Shown here: piece by piece, positions 22,831 to 32,214 of the stretch
Layout of the letters: each line of letters opens with the position of its first letter
Numbering within the stretch: the stretch's first letter is position 1
NCBI GenBank assembly: GCA_002269645.1
Contig: NIVC01000585.1
Location: forward strand, 1 to 64,000
Source: Macrostomum lignano
Lineage: Eukaryota
Length of the DNA: 64,000 nucleotides
Direction of reading: 5' to 3'
Program-made: the position numbers and the translations under genes
The notes under the pieces: model-generated
Databases searched by the model: none
Seen by the model: only the letters and a program-made list of their open reading frames with translations
What the model was told of the DNA's origin: nothing

Positions 22831-24652
22831 TCTTCTCCGTAATCTTAGCACTTAAAAAAGTACGTACTTCCCGGCCCATGCAGCCTCTCCACGTATACGA
22901 AGTCTGAGTTCTTTAATGGGAGTAGCACATACCCTAATTGGCCAAGGCTGCGGTAGGATTTACAGCTAATTCATCACAGAATTCATGGGCGCGTTGTTAA
23001 AACTCCTGCAAAAGCACAATACAAAAATACGCTATACCAAAGCGGTACTGCACAGCACTGACAACGTGACTCCGACTTGAATTATTGCTCAAGTGGATGG
23101 GAATTGCCGAAATGTCGATGTCAATGGGGATGGCTGAGATGTCAAGGTTCATGGGATTCATGCATGGGAGATTTCACAATTACATGTACATGTACGGACC
23201 ATAGTTTTCAAAACTGCAATGCAGTGTGCAATGTTTTGCAATGTGAAGCTTTGCAAGCCTTGGCAATGTGATGAGCATCGATAATTAATGTGGTTCATCA
23301 AGCAAAAAGAGTATCGTCAGATTCTAGAAGACGACGCTTGCTATAACTGGATTCCCTCACAATTCATAAATTCATAAATTTTGGTACCTCACGCGCGTGC
23401 ATGGTATACCCGCGCACACTCCATGGCAGTGCAGCAAAAAACCATGACCAGTCGTGAGAATAGGATCGGTGTGTATAGAGCTCTTTTGTCCCGCACCCAA
23501 CGCCTGCACAGGCAACGTGCAGGAGAATTTACAGCGGAGCTGTGGGCAACGGCAGAAGCCGACCAAGCATCTCCACACAGGCTATATAAGGACCACTAGC
23601 TAGGAACACTACGTTATAGTCCTTGTCTAGTGTCTTGTCTAGTCTAGTGTAGTAGTCCTTGTATATATATAGGGCCCCTAGCCTCTAAAGATCCGCTCAA
23701 AGACCACTTTAGTACCAAGGACTACAGTGGTCCAATTGTTTAGTACAACGACGAGGAAAGGAACTTTGGGTCTGTAAGTTAAAATTGTCCATTGACCATG
23801 CAGTCGACCCACCATTTCTTAGCAGACGAACTGTCAGCAGAAAAAACGATTGGCACCCCTATAAGACACTGCGCACATTGAGTCTTCTGTCAGACCTAAT
23901 TTAATTAATGATTGTTGAACGGTTTTCATCGTCATGAATATATTTTTGTTATGTTTAGCAACGTGCAAACGAACGAAAAACGTAACTTTGAGTTGAGGAT
24001 TGTTTTTGTCGAGCGAGCTCGCCCTCATCGAATGGACCAACAAGGCTGTTGTCTTTGCCTGATGCTGTACATTTAATGCCAATGTACACAAAGCTTCTTA
24101 AAAATATAATGTTAAGTAATTCTAGCTATAAAAACATTGCTTAGATTCTAAGTAATAGAATTATAAATAAGTAATATACCAACTTCCACAGTTCCAGCTA
24201 AGTTGCCAACCCAATAGGCCCTACCCAAAGTTTAAATTCCTTGCATACTGTACATGAGCATGATCTCTATTTGTGGGCCTGAGCCACTTTAATGCTTTAA
24301 TTTTTTTATAGATTGCAAAATAAATTACAAAAGAATGCAAGACAAAGCCAATATAATACTTTTTTACTTGTATAATTTTATTTACAACTCAACTGAAGTT
24401 ACTGAACATATTAAGCCTTTTTTACTGAGCTTTTTAATTGGCTAAAAAGGTCCAAAAAGGAAATACCAAAGCGGTTTATATTATATGATATCTACTATTA
24501 TTGTATTAAACAAACTCTTATGTTTGTTTAGGTCTATAGTTTGTTCTATTTGAGCTTTGTATTAAACTGCCAATTTTAGATTAGAGTTCTTTAAATTTAA
24601 ATAAAAAAGACTAGAAGTCCTTTAATTTAATAGATAGTTAATAAATACTAAA

Positions 24653-24752
24653 TAGAAATAGAAGTATGACAACAACTTTTATAAGATAATAGTTGAATCT
24701 AATTTACTTAGACTTTTATCTTATAAAAGTTGTAATCATACTTATATTTCTA
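24653..24752. repeat. Inverted repeat/hairpin with 37-bp arms (34/37 match) and a 26-nt loop
   Basis: Arm TAGAAATAGAAGTATGACAACAACTTTTATAAGATAA (24653-24689) versus the reverse complement of 24716-24752. Confidence 0.85.
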
Positions 24753-26019
24753 ATTTTCTACTTATTTTTCTATCTAGCTAGGTCTAAGGTCTATATATTT
24801 TATTACTATTACTTATTATTTATACTAAGCCTTTAGTATCAAATCTAAAGTCTTACATTATTAACTCAAAATAACAAAACTCTATTTATTACTTGATTAG
24901 ACAAAAACTATTACTTGTATTGACTCTTGTCTAGACTTTACTGCATAAAAATATTATTCAATTGAATACTCTTGTTGGCTTCTAGCTATACTATAGTTTA
25001 TATAATATAGTATATAATTGAGTAATTTTCTATATAAGATATCAATTATATAACTCTATTAGATAGGCCTAGGAATGGCTTACTAGATCAGGATAGATGC
25101 TTTTAATGCCCATGATATTTAATTAATAATCATCAATAATCATTAGGCCCCTAGGCTTTTATCTAATAGTTTTTTTATAATATTGGCTTAGGCTTAATAT
25201 CTCAAAAATTCTATAATAATTGAATAAGGCTTTATTTTTTAAAAGTTAAAAAAGCTATTAGATAATTTCCAAATAACATAAATAAAGGAAATTATAATTA
25301 GGCCTTAGGCTTAAGGATTAAATTAAATAATCAAATATTATTATTATTAAGGTTATTTTTATAGCCTATAATTATTAATATTTTTATAACCTATAATATG
25401 TATTACATACATGTGCAACTTCTGAAATTATGCTAACCGTGCAACTTAGTTTTTGATCAAAAATGCAACTTACCTATGATTCCCTATGAAAGAAAGCAAA
25501 GCAAAAAAAACTTTTAGGCAAGAGTAACTATGACCATATTTTAAGGCTAAATGCCTCGGCAGCTAATTAGTGCTGTGTGCAGATTACACATTTTTATAAT
25601 AGCCAATCAGTATGTCATGTAATGGCAGCCTAAGGCAATTAGTAATGACAATAAGTAAAGACAATGAGTAAAGACATTCATGAATCATGACAAAAGTCAT
25701 GATTCATGAATTTCTAGAAATAAGTGAAGTGAATACAGTGTGACCTATAAAGAATAATTCCACTTGCTAGACAATTTGACATTGAAGCTGAGAGCCCTGA
25801 TTCAAATGGCTCATCAGATGCAGAATATGAATCCAGTAGAGATACAAGCTGTGAAAACCCACAGATTTTGAAACCACTGAATTCCAATTCCCGGAACTAT
25901 TTTTGTATCTATAGATTCTTAAATTTGAAGTCATGCTCAAACAAAAACTTGTTAACAGTTAGGAAAAAGGCAAACAAAGATGGGAGTAAATGCATGTTAA
26001 ATTAGGATTTGAGGCCCTT

Positions 26020-26690
26020 GCAAATTCTCTCCTTTCCTCAATCTTCTCATCCTCTTTTTCTTTTCTCTCTCATCCCTCATCCCTTCTCTCTTTCCTCTCC
26101 AGTCTCCTCTCTTTCCTCCTCTCTTATCTCTTGTCTCCTCTTTACATTCTTATCTCTCCTCTCGTCTCTCTCCACTCAACTATCTCATCTTATCTCTCCT
26201 CTCTTCTCTACTCTTTCATCTCTCCTCTCTTCACTCTCCTCTCATCTCCTCTTTATCCTCTCTTCTCTCGTCTACTCTCTCCTCTCCTTTCTTCTCTCCT
26301 CTTTCCTCTTTCCTCTCTTTTCTGATCTCATCCATCATCTTATCTTTCCTCTTTCCTCTCATCTCCTCTTCTCTCTCATCTCTCCTCACTCAGCTTTTCT
26401 CTCCTTTTCTATCTTTTCTCCCATCGCATCGCTCGCCTCTCCTCTGTTTGCTTATCTCCAATCTTCTATTTCCTCTACTTTGAAGTAAGAAAATCTGCAC
26501 ACATTTTTGCTGAAGATGAGAGGAGAGCAGAGGGCATTGAGGAGAAAGGGTAGAGAGAAAATGGGAGATAGGAGAGGCGAGAAGAGAGGAGAGTAAAAAT
26601 GAGAGGAGAGAGAAGAGGGAAAAGGGGGGAGAGAGAGAGAGAGAAGAGGGGAGGCAAGGTAGAGAAGAGAGAGATGAGAGTTGAAGAGAC
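26020..26690. repeat. Low-complexity CT-rich tract (about 26020-26480) followed by a GA-rich tract (about 26515-26690)
   Basis: Direct composition; Ser/Leu-rich ORFs on it are artefacts. Confidence 0.9.
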
Positions 26691-26919
26691 ACCAAACCTT
26701 GCTAGTTAGGAAGTTTCAAAGAACCCGAGGGGCGAGGGCCAGATAAAGGGGCTTCGCGAGCGGGAGTTTGCCAACCCCTGCTCCAGAGTTTAAGAAATCA
26801 ATGGGAAACTGTTGACGCGGGCTTCTGATTTCAAAGATCTTGTCTGCGGTTGAAGGCTTCTATTCTGGTTTTGCTCTCCTGCCACACTTGCACCTACTAC
26901 CCCCTGATTGCCTCTGATT

Positions 26920-27465
26920 GTGACTTACTTCCCTCTTATTGCGACTTAGTTGCTCCTTTTGTGACTTACCTAATCCTTTTTACGACTTACCTAATCCTTT
27001 TACGACTTACTAATCCTTTTATGACTTACCTAATCCTTTTTGCGACTTACCTAATCCTTTTGCGACTTGACCTAATCCTTTTGCGACTTAGTTGCTCCTT
27101 TTGCGACTTACCTAATCTTTTTGCGACTTGCCTAATCCTTTTGCGACTTGCCTAATCCTTTTTGCGACTTAGTTGCTCCTTTTGCGACTTACCTAATCTT
27201 TTTGCGACTTGCCTAATCCTTTTGCGACTTGCCTAATCCTTTTGCGACTTGACCTAATCCTTTTGCGACTTAGTTGCTCCTTTTGCGACTTACCTAATCT
27301 TTTTGCGACTTGCCTAATCCTTTTGCGACTTGCCTAATCCTTTTTGCGACTTAGTTGCTCCTTTTGCGACTTACCTAATCTTTTTGCGACTTGCCTAATC
27401 CTTTTGCGACTTGCCTAATCCTTTTTGCGACTTAGTTGCTCCTTTTGCGACTTGCCTAATCATTT
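26920..27465. repeat. About 20-bp minisatellite TTTTGCGACTT(A/G)CCTAATCC with TAGTTGCTCC variants
   Basis: Direct inspection. Confidence 0.95.
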
Positions 27466-28028
27466 GTGCAAGTTAATTTGCTTCTGTTGCAACTTGTTTT
27501 TCTTTTGCTTCACCATTTTACTTCCCTGTATCGCTCTTTCCACTTGCCTTTTTGGTTCTTGGCTTTTTTCATTTTTGGTCAACTCAATTTTGCGACTTAC
27601 CCTGGTCCACCACAATTTACGGTGGCCGGATCGGCCAGCTCGGCCAGCAGTTGCGCATGTATGTAATATGTATAAAAAATTAAATAATTATCTCAAAAAT
27701 CTAGTATCTAGCCTTGGCTTTGCATAATTCTTAAAATTTGAACTAATTGCTTTAGTTGAGATAGAGACTATATATACTATGGCATATTTTTTGAAGCAAC
27801 ATTGTTACACAATTTGCAAAAGGCATGATTGCTTATTCTACCAATTCTCACGAGTAGGCACACAAGTGTAAGGAAATGTGGACAGTCCACATAGGAGTAT
27901 AAAGCAGCCCTAAAACTTTTTTGTTGTTAAGCATGGTACACTTCACTGTGCCCTTTATAGGTTGATCTTCAAGAATGTTACTGCATAAGCAGACCAAAGC
28001 CATGATTCTAATTTAGCTTCAAATTTAT

Positions 28029-28261
28029 GTGAGTCCTGGAGCAAGATACTTAACTCTGCTTTGCTTCAGTTCACCCAGCTGTAAAATGGGTGCCAGTATT
28101 AGCTGGGGTAATTAAGGCTGTGTGGCGACCCCCAAGTCCTTGGACTGAACAGCCGTACGCAGCCTTCAGATGCGCTGCGCAATAGCTGCGGCTGAGCTGT
28201 CGGTTGCACATCTGCCTATTAGGGCAATTTTAATCAACAATTATTATTATTATTATTATTA
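28029..28261 (+). mobile_element. SINE fragment with a conserved CORE/Deu-like body and (ATT)n tail
   Basis: GAGTCCTGGAGCAAGATACTTAAC...GCTTCAGTTCACCCAGCTGTAAAATGGGT resembles the conserved central domain of tRNA-derived SINEs; ends in (ATT)7. No intact tRNA head. Confidence 0.65.
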
Positions 28262-28391
28262 CTGGGATAAATTTTAGATATTCATTTAACAATTGTATAC
28301 AGTCATGACTTTCTATATTTGATAGCCATGCAAATATCAAAACTTATTTACATAGTGGAACTTGAGCTTCGCGTTAAACTGCCAATTCCAG

Positions 28392-28712
28392 ATGCCGGAG
28401 TCTGCGCTTCAGCAGCTCTGCTGCACAGTGGAGCTGCAGTGCGATAAGCCAGCTTACACCACCAGCTTGCGCAGTCGTTCGGCAATCAAATCTCTCATTT
28501 TATTGGCCTGCAAAGATTTCTATGGAGAGTTGGGCTCGTTCCCCCTGACAGTTGGCCAGATCTCGCCCGGCTCTAGCATTGGCAGTTTCACCTTCAATGT
28601 TACTGTGCACAAGCAGCTGCTCAGTAAGCTCATTACCTGTCTGGCTCTGTGCTCAACTGTCCGTGATGCCAGAATTTCTGCTGTTGTTCAGACAGTGTCT
28701 GATGTGTCCTGA
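28392..28712 (+). CDS. RPP14: Ribonuclease P/MRP subunit, RPP14/Pop5-family-like, 106 aa, single exon
   Basis: IKSLILLACKDFYGELGSFPLTV and LSKLITCLALCST...VVQTVS align by eye with recalled human RPP14 segments FKQLLISAVKDLFGEVDAALPLDI and LVKLWSSLTLLGS...VIQVS. ATG directly follows TTCCAG. Confidence 0.65.
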   Translation: MPESALQQLCCTVELQCDKPAYTTSLRSRSAIKSLILLACKDFYGELGSFPLTVGQISPGSSIGSFTFNVTVHKQLLSKLITCLALCSTVRDARISAVVQTVSDVS

Positions 28713-29004
28713 TCTTAGCTCACTTGCTCAGTGTCAGTTATCATTATTCATATTTTTATTGCATTTCTATGTGCTCAAAGTAAACTGGTTATTGTGCAGT
28801 CTGTCTGTACTGCTCTATAGATTTTGTAATTTGGTCTTTTCAATTTTTGTAGCTTCAATCAGCCATTGGGTGGTCTGTCCACGTGTTTTTGTTTTAATTT
28901 GATGAGTTAATGATATTGATATTTCAATCTCCAAGGGCTACTGCGGGCTTTGATTGCAGTCAAGTGATATTTCTTCGTGATAATTTGCTAGATCTTCAGT
29001 GCTA

Positions 29005-30295
29005 GATTCTTCAGTTGCTGGGATAGCAGATTCCCAGATCCTCAGTTGCTGGGATAGCAGATTCCCAGATCCTCAGTTGCTGGATAGCAGATTCCCAGAT
29101 CCTCAGTTGCTTTGATAGCAGATTCCCAGATCCTCAGTTGCTGGGATAGCAGATTCCCAGATCCTCAGTTGCTGGGATAGCAGATTCCCAGATCCTCAGT
29201 TGCTGGGATACCAAATTGCCAGATCCTCAGTTGCTGGGATACCAGATTCCCAGATCCTCAGTTGCTGAGATACCAGCCTCCCAGATCCCAGTTGCTGGGA
29301 TACCAGCCTCCCAGATCCTCAGTTGCTGGGATACCAGCCTCCCAGATCCTCAGTTGCTGGGATAGCAGATTCCCAGATCCTCAGTTGCTGGGATACCAGC
29401 CTCCCAGATCCTCAGTTGCTGAGATACCAGCCTCCCAGATCCTCAGTTGCTGGGATACCAGCCTCCCAGATCCTCAGTTGCTGAGATACCAGCCTCCCAG
29501 ATCCTCAGTTGCTGAGATACCAGCCTCCCAGATCCTCAGTTGCTGGGATACCAGCCTCCCAGATCCTCAGTTGCTGAGATACCAGCCTCCCAGATCCTCA
29601 GTTGCTGGGATACCAGATTGCCAGATCCTCAGTTGCTGGGATACCAGCCTCCCAGATCCTCAGTTGCTGAGATACCAGCCTCCCAGATCCTCAGTTGCTG
29701 AGATACCAGCCTCCCAGATCCTCAGTTGCTGAGATACTAGCCTCCCAGATCCTCAGTTGCTGGGATACCAGATTGCCAGATCCTCAGTTGCTGGGATACC
29801 AGCCTCCCAGATCCTCAGTTGCTGAGATACCAGCCTCCCAGATCCTCAGTTGCTGGGATACCAGCCTCCCAGATCCTCAGTTGCTGGGATACCAGCCTCC
29901 CAGATCTTCAGTTGCTGGGATACCAGCCTCCCAGATCCTCAATTGCTGGGATACCAGCCTCCCAGATCCTCAGTTGCTGGGATACCAGATTGCCAGATCC
30001 TCAGTTGCTGAGATACCAGCCTCCCAGATCCTCAGTTGCTGGGATACCAGATTGCCAGATCCTCAGTTGCTGGGATACCAGCCTCCCAGATCCTCAGTTG
30101 CTGGGATACCAGATTGCCAGATCCTCAGTTGCTGGGATACCAGCCTCCCAGATCCTCAGTTGCTGGGATACCAGATTGCCAGATCCTCAGTTGCTGGGAT
30201 ACCAGCCTCCCAGATCCTCAGTTGCTGGGATACCAGATTGCCAGATCCTCAGTTGCTGAGATACCAGCCTCCCAGATCCTCAGTTGCTGGGCCAC
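29005..30295. repeat. 31-bp minisatellite GATCCTCAGTTGCTG(G/A)GATACCAGCCTCCCA, about 41 units
   Basis: Direct inspection. Confidence 0.97.
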
Positions 30296-30390
30296 CAGAT
30301 CCCAAGGCTTTGCCACCCGAACCCGAGCTGCCAGTGCCCCGAGTTCGCACCCAATCAGCAGTCAAAGCCAGCCGCCTCCCCCGCCCGCAG

Positions 30391-30741
30391 GACGGCCCTT
30401 CCCTGCTCCGCGCAATGCTGCGCAACATCACGGCCGAGCACTGGCGCCAGACCAAGCAGGCCCTGCAGGTGTTACGCTCCAACGGATTCCACGGCAGCGT
30501 GCTGATCGAGCAGGACGAGCTGTACGTGACCGAATGGCGCGGCTCGGCTGTGCTGAGAGGCCGGGCGCAGAGCTTCTGGCTGTACGGCCTGCTGGTCTGC
30601 TGCCTGATCGCCTGCGCCACTGTGCTCCTGTCCATCCTGACGGGCTCGAGGCCGGCCTCGACTTCCGCGGCCACGCAGACGGACGAGAGAGCTCCCCGCC
30701 AGACTGAGGTTAAACTGAGCCCAGATGAAGCTCAGGCCTGA
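30391..30741 (+). CDS. Uncharacterised single-pass membrane protein, terminal or sole exon
   Basis: GC-rich open frame after acceptor CCGCCCGCAG (30381-30390); in-frame ATG at 30415; hydrophobic segment FWLYGLLVCCLIACATVLLSILT; stop at 30741; AATAAA at 30970. An alternative upstream acceptor lies at 30298. Confidence 0.6.
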   Translation, partial: DGPSLLRAMLRNITAEHWRQTKQALQVLRSNGFHGSVLIEQDELYVTEWRGSAVLRGRAQSFWLYGLLVCCLIACATVLLSILTGSRPASTSAATQTDERAPRQTEVKLSPDEAQA

Positions 30742-31440
30742 TGCTGGAATTTAAGTCAGGGCAACAAGCGTCCATTTCCAACTGAGCTCCGTCTAGATAT
30801 TTATTCGGAAGTCATTCCTTTGTCTCCAAAAATGTATTCGGATTTTTTTAATTTTCCGTCTTTTTTATTTTAAAAACAAATTTCAAATTGTGATTTTTAT
30901 GCTTTCAGTTTCGCATTATACTACTGCTGCTTCTGTGGTCGATGAGTAGGCAGTATAAACTTTTATATCAATAAACTCTTACGCTTGAAGCTTTTTTGTG
31001 TTATAGGAAATTTTTATTCGAATATTGGTAGTCAAATTGATTTTTGCCAAGCTGTGTCTTCAGTTTTTTAATTCATATTTATTTATTTATACAAATTGAT
31101 TTTTGTCATTTGCTACGGCACATGCTTTCATAGCGTGCTTACCGTCTTTATTTTAAATTGTGTTTCTACCTATCCAGCTTTGCTTATCGGTGTCAGCATC
31201 AGTGTCTGCGTTAGCCAGGATTTTTTCCCATATTAATAGCCGCAGATGTTACTAAGTGTCAACCCCTATTACTGCTGATTCACTGCACTTTATCTTGCGT
31301 ATTCAGCCTAGCGATAAACTTCTTATTTTATCGCTATTAAAAGCAGGGCCTCGGCTCTTCATCATTTCTGTTTATTTATTTCATTTTTATAAGAAACTCC
31401 ACTTTATGTCTAAGAGCTCGTTGGCTTGCTAGCTCCCTTG

Positions 31441-32145
31441 CCGTCACTCTACCACCCCTCACTCCGTCACCCCTCACCGTCACCCCTCACTCCGTCAGCC
31501 CTCACTCCGTCAGCCTTCACTCCGTCACCACTCACTCCGTCAGCCCTCGCTCAGTCAGCCCTCGCTCCGTCAGCCCTCACTCCGTCAGCCTTCACTCCGT
31601 CACCACTCACTCCGTCAGCCCTCGCTCCGTCAGCCCTCGCTCCGTCAGCCCTCACTCCGTCAGCCCTCACTCCGTCAGCCTTCACTCCGTCAGCCCTCAC
31701 TCCGTCAGCCTTCACTCCGTCACCCCTCACTCCGTCAGCCCTCACTCCGTCAGCCCTCTCTCCATCACCCCTCACTCCGTCAGCCTTCACTCCGTCACCC
31801 CTCACTCCGTCAGCCCTCATCCGTCAGCCTTCACTCCGTCACCCCTCACTCCGTCACCCCTCACTCCGTCACCCCTCACTGTCGCCCCTCACTCCGTCAG
31901 CCTTCACTCCGTCAGCCCTCACTCCGTCACCCCTCACTCCGTCACCCCTCACTCCGTCAGCCTTCACTCCGTCACCCCTCACTCCGTCAGCCCTCACTCC
32001 GTCAGCCTTCACTCCGTCACCCCTCACTCCGTCAGCCCTCACTCCGTCACCCCTCACTCCGTCAGCCCTCACTCCGTCACCCCTCACTCCGTCAGCCCTC
32101 ACTCCGTCACCCCTCACTCCGTCAGCCCTCACTGTCGCCCCTCAC
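31441..32145. repeat. 15-bp minisatellite CTCACTCCGTCA(G/C)CC upstream of GEMIN5
   Basis: Direct inspection. Confidence 0.95.
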
Positions 32146-32214
32146 TGCACCCCGCACTCCGCCACAATCCATCTCAATCTCAGATCAGCACGTGAATTTG
32201 CAGCCTCCCAATTG

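Noticed and set aside
26765-26780. AGTTTGCCAACCCCTG, resembling a hAT-type terminal inverted repeat
   Set aside because: No partner TIR or 8-bp TSD found nearby by eye.
30299-30741. HTD2 as the second cistron behind RPP14, as in the vertebrate bicistronic RPP14-HTD2 transcript
   Set aside because: The downstream ORF has a TM helix and none of the MaoC/hot-dog dehydratase motifs (such as GD-x-NPLH or HG), so it is not HTD2.
31426-32214. (PSALT)n N-terminal extension in frame with GEMIN5
   Set aside because: It starts at a TTG and is a translation of the 15-bp array. Gemin5 similarity begins just after the ATGs at 32215-32250, which follow an acceptor-like site.
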